64,000 nt of DNA from Chiloscyllium plagiosum (Eukaryota): positions 25,236,382-25,300,381 of the forward strand of contig NC_057734.1 in assembly GCF_004010195.1 (NCBI RefSeq), read 5' to 3'. Positions 1 to 11,669 of this stretch are shown here, one piece after another. Under the pieces are notes generated by a model. That model was not told the DNA's origin, did no database searches, and saw only the letters and a list, made by a program, of their open reading frames with translations. Each line of letters opens with the position of its first letter. The stretch's first letter is position 1. The position numbers were made by a program, and so were the translations under genes.

Positions 1-276
1 TCTGCGCACTGAGAACGAATAAATGCTACAAGACTGTTTTGTCATTTGTGCCAGCAGTTTTTAAACAATTTCAGCCAAGATATATTAATATATATCAGTA
101 AAATGTCACATATTGGTGGAAACGTAAGTGTAGGTGTGTCAAATCCATGTGGCACAGTTTATGAGCAGTGGGGCCAACATTGGACATTTAAATTGGACAG
201 TTGTCGAGCACTAAACGACTGCAAAACAAAGAATTGATGGTTTTTCAAGCTTAAGGTAGACTGGATACTCCTAATG

Positions 277-433
277 TAGGTAAAAACAATGACTGCAGAT
301 GCTGGAAACCAGATTCTGGATCAGTGGTGCTGGAAGAGCACAGCAGTTCAGGCAGCATCCAAGAAGCAGCAAGCTCTCTGCCTTTATTCCTGATGAAGGG
401 CTTTTGCCCGAAACGTCGATTTTGCTGCTTCTC
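277..433. mobile_element. Short Penelope-derived inverted-repeat element with hammerhead motif
   Basis: pLTR-type arm gactgcagatgctgga...ggcagcatcc plus an opposite arm with CTGATGAAGGGCTTTTGCCCGAAACGTC (390-417). Flanked by the 14-bp direct repeat ggatactcctaatg (263-276, 434-447). Confidence 0.75.
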
Positions 434-451
434 GGATACTCCTAATGGCCT

Positions 452-661
452 GAGTCAAAAAATGTGGCGCTTGAAAAGCACAGCAGGTCAGGCAGCAACA
501 AGCAAGGGAGTCGACCTTTTGGACATAAGCCCTTCACAAGGAAGGGCATATGTTCAAAACATCAACTCTCCTGCTCCTCGGATGTTGCCTGATCTGCTGT
601 GCCTTTCCAGCCCCACGCTTTCCGACTCACTTTCCAGCATCTGCAGACCTCACTTTCTCTC
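452..661. mobile_element. Palindromic Penelope-derived element (two inverted pLTR arms, degenerate hammerhead motifs)
   Basis: Left arm ...gaaaagcacagcaggtcaggcagc...cataagcccttc is the reverse complement of the right arm gaagggcatatg...gcctgatctgctgtgcctttcc. TSD actcctaatggcct at 438-451 and 662-675. Confidence 0.8.
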
Positions 662-2154
662 ACTCCTAATGGCCTAAACAGGATACTCACCCACCCACTC
701 TGAATAATTATCCTTGGTGGATCAAAGTCATGTTCAATTTTATAATGTAATCAGTCATAGCAAACCAATCAAACAACAAAACAGAAAGATGCGCCTTCCC
801 TACATAATCAGTACTAAAGTGTGAAACATTAGCCTTTTAGTGATTATCACAATTTTATCTTGCATGGAGAGCTTATTCAATTCAAATTCATCTATTCAGG
901 GGTACAAGAAAACCATAAACTAATTAAATTTGTTTCCACATGCTTCTGGTTGAAAGTAGCACCTCTATGAAATGAATACATTTTAAAAAACGAACTTATT
1001 ATAGCATTTGAATTTTTTGAATTAGGTTAATTTTCTGGCCTTAAAGACTATTTTGAGCACCTGCACTGAAACTGTTAAAATAAATCCTGATATCTATCTT
1101 AGATGATTAAGAGATCATTTAAGTCAATGTTTTAGTGTGGTTACTAGTTCATTAAATACTATCGATAATGTCCTTTTGAAATATAAATTCTGACACAAAA
1201 GAAAACAAAACTCATCAATGCTTTTCCCATACTCAGTTATCTCTAAGTTTGTTTGAGAGGTGGCTGGGGTAACTGCAAAACAGACACCATTTTTATGTGA
1301 AGTGAGATCACAGAATTATTCGTTAATCCCATATTCATTGCCTATTTACTGTATCTTTCCAAACAGAAATACTGTGCATTTTGTATCCATGTAGTTTTTC
1401 CTGTAAAACCTTTTGATAAACTATTTCCAAAGGCAAGAGAGATGATGATTTAATCGTTAATTTTTTTTCGAAAGATTAAATTAGATTAATAAATAAAAAG
1501 GTGCAGTACATGGAGCAAAACAATTTGCCAAGGGAAGACGTGCACCCATTCAAATTTAGGTTTTCAACTGGCTTCTTCATTTTTGCACGGTTTAAAGTCA
1601 AGCTACCTTCAGATCAAATTTGATTACTCCTAGTCATTTCTGATTATGCATTCACGAAAGACATTATATCATAATATTGGCAGAAAACAATAATGCTGAC
1701 GATTTAGTATCAAATACTAAGTATTATTTCTGGATCACTCTTGCCATCCCTTCACTACCTCTAAATTGTCAACATGCAATACCAGATGATGAGGAAACAT
1801 TTCATCCAACTACAAACTGGAAAAAACGAAACCGTTGGCTTTTGTTGAGCCGCACTTTGGTGTGTGATGGATGTTTTGATTGGGGGGAGACAGACCTTGT
1901 AACACCTTTGGTTTCATATCTTACCATGAAATAAGATATCAATCTCATACCCGTACCCTCACTGGACCATGGAAATAAAGCCACAACCTGCCCAGTCAAC
2001 AATGCAAAGTTCTCCTCACTGACCCTTGGCATTTGCCCTAAAATTAGAAGGGCTGTCCACAGACATGTCAAGTACAAGCCTGACAGTTACACTCACTGAA
2101 TTGACATCTTACAGCTAGTAACCCAAACACCTCCATCACTATTACTAGACAAGG

Positions 2155-2510
2155 GGGAGGGACAATGGCCTAGGGGTATTATTGCTAGACTATTAATCCA
2201 GAGACCAAGGTAATGTTCTGGGGATCTAGGTTCAAAAACTGTCACGGCAGATGCTGAAATTTGAATTTAAACTAAAATCTGGAATTAAAAGTCTAACAAC
2301 AATCATTAAGCCATTATCGATTATCAGGAAAATCCTATTTGGTTCACTAATATCCTTTAAGGAAGGAAACTGTCATTCTTACTTGGTCCGGTTTAATTGT
2401 GAATCCAGACCCAAAGGAATGCGAATGATTTACAATTGCCCTCTGGGCAACTGTGGTTGGACACAGAATGAGTGCCTAGCCTGTGATGCCCACATTCTAT
2501 GAATGATTTT
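2155..2510 (+). mobile_element. Second tRNA-derived shark SINE family (non-HE1)
   Basis: A-box-like tggcctagggg and B-box-like ggttcaaa. Homologous copies at about 15570-15845 (-), 20050-20290, 34229-34563 and 51905-52435. The 3' tail ...gatgcccacatt... is shared with an old LINE. Confidence 0.7.
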
Positions 2511-2694
2511 TTTCAAAAATATTCTGTTACATTGCCAGAACAGACCCACTAAAGATGATGTTATGGTGGCATACAATCAGTAGGAGTGAGCCGCATAAAT
2601 CTCAAAGCAAGGAAACATGGAAAATAAGCCAATTACTGCCTCCCTCTGCTGATCAATTAGCATTCCTTCACGCTGAACATCACTTTCAAATGTA

Positions 2695-3013
2695 CATAGA
2701 ATCATAGAAATCCTACAGTGTGGAAAGAGGCCATTTGGCTCAACAAGTCCCCATTCCTTTAATTCTATTACTCTACATTTCCCATGACTAATACGCCTAA
2801 CCTGCACATCTCTGAACACTATGGGCAATTTAGCATAGCCAATTCACAGAACCTGCACATCTTTGGACTGTGGGAGGAAATCGGAGCACCTGGAGGAAAC
2901 CCACACAGACCCGGGGAGAATGTCCACACATACAGTCGCCAGAGGGTGGAATCGAACCTAGGTCCCTGGTGCTGTGAGGCAGCAGTGCCAACCACTGAGC
3001 CATCGTGCCACCC
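2695..3013 (-). mobile_element. HE1-type SINE
   Basis: Reverse complement begins gggtggcacgatggctcagtggttggcactgctgcctcacagc (tRNA-like head), has the core ggtttcctccaggtgctccgatttcctcccacagtccaaagatgtgc and a ttctatga-repeat tail. Confidence 0.9.
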
Positions 3014-4345
3014 CATGGACACTGAAGTATCCACACCGAGTACTTCAATGTCCATCACGTGAAACATTGGGGCTGCAGCAGCTGGTAAGAGAACTAATTC
3101 AGGGGAAAGCCTAATTAACTTTGTCCTCTCCAATCTGTCACATATGCATCCATCAATGGAAGGATTAATAATGAAGACTAGCCCACAGTCCTAGTGGAAA
3201 CAAAATCCTTTACTTATGCTGACAATATCCTCCATCATGTTCTGTAGCACTACCACTACCACTGTGCTAAGTAGCAGAGATTCACAACAGATTAGCCAGC
3301 TCAAAACTGGGCATCCATTAGGCACTTTGGAACCATCAACGTCATTACTTTATTCAATCACAATCTCAAATCTTCTGACCTGGTATATCCCTTATTCTAC
3401 CATTACCAATCTGGGTACCAATGCTGGTTCAATCAGAAGTGCAGAACAGCATGCCAACAGCCACACCACGGGTATGTAAAATAAGGTGTCAAAATGGTGA
3501 GACTACAACACAGGACAGCAAAGCATGCTAAGCACTGAAATAGCGTGCAATAGGTAGAACAAAGGAATTCCACAACAAATTAACCAGATCTGCAGTTCTG
3601 CCACATTCAGTTACGAATGAAAGTTGAAGTAAACAACTAACAAGAGGAGGGTCCACAAACATCCCATTCACAATGATGGGACATCTCAGCACATTAGTGC
3701 AAAAGACAAAGCATTGAAATCCTCTTCAAAAGGAGCAGGATGAACCATCCACTTGGTACTTCTCACTGAAGCCCTCAGGATTCTCACAGAATCCAATTCC
3801 ACATTTAACATGATTTTTATGAAAATTCATGCTGAAAACATCTATTTTCAGGAATGCAACTCCAGTTTTAAGTGGAAAGATCCTGTATATCACCATTCTT
3901 TCAGAGTGCCCAGATAAAACGCTGAAACACCCTCCATAATAAGACTGTACTTAGATTTCAGTCTTCAACCAACTCAATTCAATTCAATTCTCATGATAGC
4001 ATGAAACAACTAAAGTACTGGATACAAAGTTATGAGGCTCTACTATCTTCAGTATTACAGCCAGGATACAGTATTGTGTTCCAGAACTAGCTGTGTATCT
4101 AGTTAAACTTTTACACAAATCCTCTAACATCAACATCCACAGGACAATGTGCAAAATTGCCCAGGTATACCTTGATGACATATCTAACCCAGCTAAATGT
4201 CACCCCACTAGCCTGCTGTCAATCATCATCAAGATGGTGGAAGGTGTTATTAACACGCTATCAAGCAGTACTTCCTCCCCAATGCTCAATTTTACTTTCA
4301 AACCCCGTTGCAGCACTGGCCCAGGCATGGGATGGACAAAAGAGA

Positions 4346-5368
4346 GCTGAAAATGTGTTGCTGGAACAGCGCAGCAGGTCAGGCAGCATTCAGGGAACAG
4401 GAGAATCGACGTTTCGGGCATAAGCCCTTCTTCAGGAATGAGGAAAGTGAGTCCAGCAGGCTAAGATAAAAGGTAGGGAGGAGGGACTTGGGGGAGGGGT
4501 GTTGGAAANNNNNNNNNNNNNNNNNNNNNNNNNNNNNNNNNNNNNNNNNNNNNNNNNNNNNNNNNNNNNNNNNNNNNNNNNNNNNNNNNNNNNNNNNNNN
4601 NNNNNNNNNNNNNNNNNNNNNNNNNNNNNNNNNNNNNNNNNNNNNNNNNNNNNNNNNNNNNNNNNNNNNNNNNNNNNNNNNNNNNNNNNNNNNNNNNNNN
4701 NNNNNNNNNNNNNNNNNNNNNNNNNNNNNNNNNNNNNNNNNNNNNNNNNNNNNNNNNNNNNNNNNNNNNNNNNNNNNNNNNNNNNNNNNNNNNNNNNNNN
4801 NNNNNNNNNNNNNNNNNNNNNNNNNNNNNNNNNNNNNNNNNNNNNNNNNNNNNNNNNNNNNNNNNNNNNNNNNNNNNNNNNNNNNNNNNNNNNNNNNNNN
4901 NNNNNNNNNNNNNNNNNNNNNNNNNNNNNNNNNNNNNNNNNNNNNNNNNNNNNNNNNNNNNNNNNNNNNNNNNNNNNNNNNNNNNNNNNNNNNNNNNNNN
5001 NNNNNNNNNNNNNNNNNNNNNNNNNNNNNNNNNNNNNNNNNNNNNNNNNNNNNNNNNNNNNNNNNNNNNNNNNNNNNNNNNNNNNNNNNNNNNNNNNNNN
5101 NNNNNNNNNNNNNNNNNNNNNNNNNNNNNNNNNNNNNNNNNNNNNNNNNNNNNNNNNNNNNNNNNNNNNNNNNNNNNNNNNNNNNNNNNNNNNNNNNNNN
5201 NNNNNNNNNNNNNNNNNNNNNNNNNNNNNNNNNNNNNNNNNNNNNNNNNNNNNTTATGCCCGAAACGTCGATTCTCCTGTTCCCTGGATGCTGCCTGACC
5301 TGCTGCGCTGTTCCAGCAACACATTTTCAGCTCTGATCTCCAGCATCTGCAGACCTCACTTTCTCCTC
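4346..5368. mobile_element. Young Penelope-like insertion with inverted termini (interior is an assembly gap)
   Basis: Near-perfect inverted pLTR arms on both sides of the gap. Intact hammerhead motif on the minus strand at 4405-4438. 14-bp TSD atggacaaaagaga at 4332-4345 and 5369-5382. Confidence 0.85.
4509..5253. other. Assembly gap (N run)
   Basis: Run of N. Confidence 1.
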
Positions 5369-7631
5369 ATGGACAAAAGAGACCAGATCCAGCAGTGATG
5401 TGAGGTTGTCTAGCCTGCGGTATTCAAAACAGTATTCAAACATGTGAAGCAACAAATTCAGCAAAATTTAGGCTGGTGGGAATCAAAATTCTCACTCTTT
5501 GGGAATTGTACCATGCACAAGGGCAGATGGTTGCAGTTGTTTGAAGTCAATCCTCTCAGCCAAGACATTAGTACAGAAGTTCCTCATGGAAGTATTTTAC
5601 GCCCAACCATTTTCAGCTATTTCATCAACAATCTTTCCCCCAGCACAAGGTGAGAAATAGAGACATTTGCTGATGATTGCACAGTACACAATACCATCCA
5701 CAATTCTTCAGATACTGAAACAGTTCATGCCTGCAAGACCTGGACAAGATTCAGCCTTTGACTGATAGGTGGCAGGTAACATTTGTGTCATCTCCAACAA
5801 AAAAGTAAACCATCTCCCCTTGATGTTCATTTGCACTGTCATTTCCTCAACCGTCAGAATGCTGAAGGTTCACTTTTGACCAGAAACTTAACTAGACTGG
5901 CCATATAAACATTATGACTGCAAGAGATGGTCAGAGCTACAAATTCTGTGGCAACTATCTCATCTCCTAACTCCCCAAAGACTGCCTGCCATCTGTACAG
6001 CAGACATCAGGAGTGTGTTTACACACTTTCAATTTACCTGGACGAGTGCAGTTGCAACAATACTTATGGTCAACATTATCCAGGATCATGCAGCCCCCTT
6101 GATTTGCACACCATCCACCACCTTAAAATAACACCACCTCCACTACGACCACACAAAGGCAGAAGTGTGTACCATCTAAAACGTGCATTCAACAACATGT
6201 CAACCTTTCTTTCACAGCACCCCCTAACCTATGAATGATTCCTCCTGGGAGGTAAAAAGGATTACCACCGCCTTCAAGTTCCCCTCCCACTGTCTGATGT
6301 CGAACTAGACATGGGGTTCACATTAGGGGTTATTCCACTTTAACACTGATAAGTTATTTGGACTAGAAAGCTCACTGGGCATGAGATTTGTTTTAATGTT
6401 ATTAACTGCAATGTATTGGCTGACACAACTGTCACCATTTTGGAATCGCTTCTCCCTCAAGCAGTTCTTGAGGCCACCTCCCAACATTCAATACAGTGCT
6501 GCTGGAGTTCTGCAGCAGGGATCCACCAGGCCCCAGACAATCAGAGCCAAATAATATGCGTTCCTTGCCAGCTGAGAGGCCAACACCAGTCCACACATAG
6601 GCAGCATGTCAGAGCCACTGCTCTAGTCTGGCAGGGCGTTGTCTCCCTCCACAAGCCGGCAGCAGAACAGCAGACTGGAGCCACAGCTGGCAAAATAACA
6701 CAGCAGAGTCACCAAACTCCATCCAGAGCAGCTATCACTATCCACATCCAGCCTGTGCAAAACCCAGAGGCTCCCCCATACTGCTCTATCAGTTCTGCTG
6801 CAGGAACCATGTAGCCTGACCACCAGGGGAGGAAGTGCCAGTGAACCCAGCCACAATTGACACTCCGCTGATCAGGAAGACAGAAAGAAAGAAAGAAAGA
6901 CCAAGGACACTATGTCCAGGAGAAGGTGTCCTGGTGAGCAATGGCCCGAAAGGACTCTGGAGGCAGTGATTCCAATTTAGCAAGGAAACAACAGCCTCAG
7001 CACATGGGAACTTCAGGTCACCCAAGATTCTACTGTAATGCCATGTCCTAACTTACACCAAATTACATTTGATTGCGCCTATACTGGCAGACCCACACTG
7101 GCTCACAGTTAAGGAATATGGTAATTTTAAAATTCTAAATCTTGCTTTTATCCATGGCTTCGGCCCCTCAAATCTCTAACCTCTTGCATACCTGCAACAT
7201 CCCAAGCTAACTGCACTTCTCCAAACTCTGCCCATTCTAAATCCTCTATTTTCTTTGCTTCACCCATGACTGCCAAGTTTTTGACAGTCTTGACTCTTAG
7301 CTCATGACTTCGCCTTCCTTAAAACCCATTTGATTAATCTTTTCATCGACTGCCCAAACATCAAGTTTCAAATTTTGCTCTGTAACAATCCTATGAAGCT
7401 CTTTATGACTTTCACTACATAAAAGGTGCTTTATAAACTACAGTTGTTGCCAGCCATTGCACAACGTTAGTGTAAGCTGCTGTTGGCTGTGAACGACTAC
7501 CAAAATCGAGAATTTTCAGTTGGAAGATGGAAAAGTGTGTTGAGAAATATTTTTATAAATGTACACAAACTGTATGTAAGATGGAATGTAAAAGTGCAAT
7601 TCTTCCCCTTGTTTGCAAAAGAACCAAATAC

Positions 7632-8500
7632 AGAGTTAAAAAGTGTGGCGCTGGAAAAGCACAGCCAGTCAGGCAGCATCTGAGGAGCAGGAGAGTCAAC
7701 ATTTTGAGCATAAGGAATTTTGTGTGTGTGCGCGTGAGAGTGAGTGAATGAGATAAATGGAGGGGGTGGGGTTGGGGGGGGGGGAGATAAATAGCTAGGA
7801 ATGCAGTGGGTGGATGAAGATGGGGTGATGGTGATAGGTCAGTTGAAGATGGAGTGGACAGATGGGAAGTAAGATGGACAGATAAGGCACTTCAAGAGGG
7901 CTGTGCCGAGTTGGAGGGTTGGATCTGGGATAAGGTGGGGGAGGGGAGATGAGGAACCTGGTCAAATCAACATTGATACCGTGTGGTTGAATGGTCCAAA
8001 GGCAGAAGATGAGGTGTTCTTCCTCCAGTCATCGGATGGCTAGGATTTGGTGGTGGAGGCAGCCCAGGACTTGCATGTCCTTGGCAGAATGGGAGGGGGA
8101 TTGAAGTATTCAGCCACAGGACAGTGGGATTGTTTGGTTTGCGTGTCCCAGAGATGTTCCCTGAAACATTCCGCAAGTTGGCATCCTGTCTCCCCGATGT
8201 AGAGGAGACCACATAGAGAGCAATGGACACAAGTAGATGAGGTGTTTGGAGGTGCTGGAAAATCGCTGCCGGATGTGGAAGGATCCTCTGGGGCCTTGGA
8301 TGGAGGTGAGGAGGTAGGTGTGGGTGCAGGTTATACACCTCTCGCAGTGGCAAGGAAAGTGCCAGGAATGGAGGGTGAGTTGGTGAAGGGCGTGGACCTA
8401 ACGTGGGAGTCACAGAAGGAATGGTCTCTGTGGAATGCTGAAAGAGGTAGGGAGAGAAATACATCTCTGCTGGTGGGGTCTGATTGTCGATGGCAGAAAT
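7632..8500 (-). mobile_element. Penelope-like element 3' fragment (GIY-YIG endonuclease remnants plus pLTR)
   Basis: Reverse complement is homologous to 37130-38015 (the LYIGETG...FREHL and EEHLIF segments). Contains a pyrimidine-rich 3' region and a pLTR arm at 7632-7712. Confidence 0.85.
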
Positions 8501-10048
8501 TGATCCTTGCACACCACCAACCTCTGGATACAATGCATCATCTTCCACCATTTCCTCCACCTACACTCTCACTGACAGTTGAAATTTGTGATAATGAACC
8601 AATCGCTTATCTTTGACAATGTGACAGTGTGTCAGTCACGGCACAAGTCTTGTCTGGCTTCAACCCACCAATCAGCATAGCCCCAATATGAACAGAAGCT
8701 CCTTTTCTGATGTGGTTTTTATGTGGATCTAGAAATGTGTGCCAGTTCGAAAACCACTGACTTTTTCCTTGTAAAGGGTAAAGATTTTTAAATAAACGGA
8801 ATAAATACTCACAACCTCCCTGTAAAAGTTTGATCATTTAAAATAGATTTTTATTCTAGACTGATACTCTCTCTGTGATAGAGGAAACAGACTAAAGAAA
8901 CTCACCCAGCCAGTATTCCTTTTGGCACTTACAATGAATCCATTATACACTGCGTAATGAAATCAATGTGGATATTAAATAACAGATTAAACAAAAAAGT
9001 GCAAGTCCCGCTTAGCGACTCAAACTATGCACGGTGGCTAAAAGGCTGAATCCCAAATCAGATGGAGATTCTGCAAATGCAGTTTAGGCCCAGTACTTCC
9101 AAACCGCTTTATGTTAAGCCGAGAATGACTTTCTAACCGAAACTCTTTTAGGCCCGAGTCGACAGTAAACTACGGGGGGGGGGGGGTCAACTCGGAGGAA
9201 AACTGGCTAGTCACTTAAAATTTCTTTGCAAAAGCGTCTTCAAGCATTCATTACTCCGAAGTGCCATGAACACACAGCCTCAGCCATTTACAGAATAACT
9301 CATTGTTAAGAGGTAAGGTTTCTCCTTTGCTCACCCCTCCCCCATACTACCCATGCAGCAAACAAGGCAAAGCTGCCTTTCGAACAGGATCATATTTAAT
9401 CGTTTCCTCTTGGCCAAAATTGTATGCGCGCACTTGAGGCTTTATACTACCTTACGCCAAACATTTAACAACTGCTGTACTTTGTGCAACAGTAGTGGTA
9501 AGCATTGCCACGCTCTTATAAAAGTTATTTTACTGTATAACATTACATTCTGCTGTGGACACGCTGTTGAAAAACTAGGACCAATAAAGCCATTCTAAAG
9601 CATGAAACGCTTATATAACGAAATGAATATTGAAATATTTCAAGCAACAAAACGTGTCGATTTGCGTGAGATCAGTATTTCAAAATATATGTGGACTCAA
9701 AGTTCCAAAAATGCATGTTAAGTGCTCTAAAGGATGAGGTTTAGTATGTCTTACGGAGCATTACTTCGTGGCCTCGGTAACGGATAACTGGTTTCGTAAA
9801 CAGTCTGGATTTGTAATGCCACATGCTTCAAGTTTAAAAGTAGCAGCACCAGTCAGGTTTAAAAAAAATACAGTCTGCTGGCAGCTGTCCTAAAAGCATG
9901 AAGAGCCACCATCATTATTCAGCACAACAGAGCCTGGTTTCAGCTTAACTACTTCAGGCTTATACATTGTTTCCCAAGAAGAGCTTTCTAGTTTTTTTTC
10001 TAAATGAAAATGCTCCTACTGTGTTCACAATCAAAGCTGAAAGCTGAC

Positions 10049-10096
10049 CTGCTCTGGGTCTGAGTCATACTCCTCATCATCTGCACTCAGGGACAT
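10049..10096 (-). CDS. KDM2B: Coding part of the alternative first exon of the KDM2B short (JmjC-less) isoform
   Basis: GCC ATG TCC CTG AGT GCA GAT GAT GAG GAG TAT GAC TCA GAC CCA GAG CAG|gtcagc = MSLSADDEEYDSDPEQ. It resembles the recalled mammalian short-form N-terminus MAMSVSAEDDDYESEPDQ. The phase-0 donor is compatible with the next (CxxC) exon outside the window, and it lies in the expected intron. Confidence 0.88.
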
Positions 10097-10105
10097 GGCC
10101 AAATC

Positions 10106-10171
10106 TCAGTCTGGGCCCAGCCAGAAACAAACTGACATGGCTGGACTGCTGTAGTAACGAGCCTCCACCAT
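10106..10171 (-). other. Upstream ORF (MVEARYYSSPAMSVCFWLGPD*; internal ATG at 10138) in frame with the short-isoform CDS
   Basis: ATG at 10171 and GCCATG at 10138 are both in frame. They end at TGA 10108-10106, 9 nt before the main ATG at 10096. Whether they are in the 5'UTR depends on the unknown TSS. Confidence 0.45.
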
Positions 10172-11087
10172 AAACCCAGCTTCCACACTCAAGACTCATC
10201 AATATTCATGAGGGAAGGTCAGGATGGGGTTGAACCGTTTCAGTTGACCAATCAAAAATAAGCAGATGCATTATTTTGAAAAACAGACAATAGAGCTGCT
10301 GCTGGTTGAGATTACAGCCCACAGTCAGCAAGAGGACTGACATTGTAAGGGCACACACGCGATACATTCACAAATCACCCTGCTTTTCCCCAGCCACTTA
10401 CACATCTAACAATGACTAACACTAAATCCAAAGTATGTAATGCTCTAGGCAAATACAATGAGTGAAGATGCAATCAGAGAGCGTTTACAGTATTATTTAT
10501 GATTATCTTTAGTAAGCACTCCCCCGCCGGCTCAGCCTACAAATAAACATTGCGGAGTGCAGGGCTCGTTAGTCGAAACAGAAACCCATCGTCTTCAAGG
10601 TTCAGTTTAAAGGACATGACCAAAATCGAAGTGAACTTTTCTTTTGCTTCAGTTAATTACCAGCATAAAATAAAGCCTCTGTGTCTGGGCAGCAGCTCAT
10701 TGATACCTCCTGACAAAACAATAAGAGGAACAGCCAAAATTTCTTTATTCTTTGGTGTGTAAAGAAAATCAGCTCCATTTTAGATTTTTCTTTTGCAGAT
10801 CACAAAATTAATACCTGCATTTTTAGAACGCCATTAATATGGGTAGCCATAAGCATCTATGTAAGAGAGGAAGAAGTCAGTTTTTGGTGATGTTCAATAT
10901 AGGGCAATAGTGTTTGGAACACTTCAAGAATACTTGTTACTTTCCAAATATGCCATGGTATCTGTTTCAACCATCTGAAATTGGGCCTCAGTGTTGGATC
11001 TCAAAGTACAGTGCATGTGTTCCAGGTCATAGTGAGGACTGAAGGAACAGCCTTCTGATCCTGAGGCAAAAACAAACTGGCATTGAA

Positions 11088-11565
11088 CACTTACCTTCCC
11101 CTGCAACCGCAAGATATGCAAAACTTGCACCAACACCTCCCCCCTTATTTTCCTCCAAGGCCCCAAGGGATCCTTCCATATCCGCCACAAATTCACCTGC
11201 ACCTCCACACACATCATTCACTGCATCCGCTGCACCTGATGTAGCCTCCTCTATATTGGGGAGACAGGCCACCTACTTGCGGAACGTTTCCGAGAACACC
11301 TCTGGGACACCCGCACCAACCAATCCAACCACCCCATGGCGCAACACTTCAACTCCCCCTCCCACTCCACCAAGGACATGCAGGTCCTTGGACCCCTCCA
11401 TCGCCAGACCATAGCAATACGACGGCTGGAGGAAGAGCACCTCATCTTCCGCCGAGGAATAACGTCGATTCTCCTGCTCCTTGGATGCTGCCTGACCTGC
11501 TGCGCTTTTCCAGCAACACATTTTCAGCTCTGATCTCCAGCATCTGCAGTTCTCACTTTCTCCAT
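11088..11565 (+). mobile_element. Penelope-like (probably Neptune-type) GIY-YIG endonuclease fragment
   Basis: Translates TFPCNRKICKTC...FTCTSTHIIHCIRCT*CSLLYIGETGHLLAERFREHL...AQHFNSPSH...RRLEEEHLIFR, followed by a pLTR tail. Confidence 0.88.
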
Positions 11566-11669
11566 TGAACACTCCAACCAAACATTATCACTGACATTAA
11601 ACACTGTTAATTAGGCGACAGGGGGAGAAGCATGACAGGGCGAATTAAGTTAAATATGGAAACCACAAG

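Larger units (their letters stand above)
3190..6290 (+). mobile_element. Old decayed LINE (CR1/L2-like RT fragments), interrupted by a Penelope insertion
   Basis: RT remnants VPHGSILRPTIFSYFINNL and FADDCT (tttgctgatgattgcaca) at about 5570-5690. Similar to 20290-20850, 51385-53610 and 58990-59745. Confidence 0.6.
8950..10800 (-). promoter_or_regulatory. Putative internal promoter / CpG-retaining region of the KDM2B short isoform
   Basis: About 1.9 kb with no recognisable repeats and visibly more CpGs than the flanking unique intron DNA. Contains an NF-Y-type GACCAATCA at 10246-10254, GC-box-like CCCCCGCC at 10521-10528, forkhead-like AATAAACA at 10542-10549 and a G13 run at 9174-9186. Surrounds the alternative first exon. 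Confidence 0.6.

Noticed and set aside
2784-3133. Recurrent ORFs with GFPPGAPVSSHSPKMC / HIFGLWEETGAPGGNP peptides
   Set aside because: These are translations of HE1 SINE copies, not a gene family.
4461-5398. Long ORFs of 282-299 aa
   Set aside because: Artefacts of translating through an N gap inside a Penelope insertion. The same applies to the ORFs at 55978-56500.
9305-9325. Plus-strand donor-like AG|GTAAGG suggesting an antisense lncRNA exon
   Set aside because: A single donor motif is expected by chance, with no supporting acceptor or transcript evidence.
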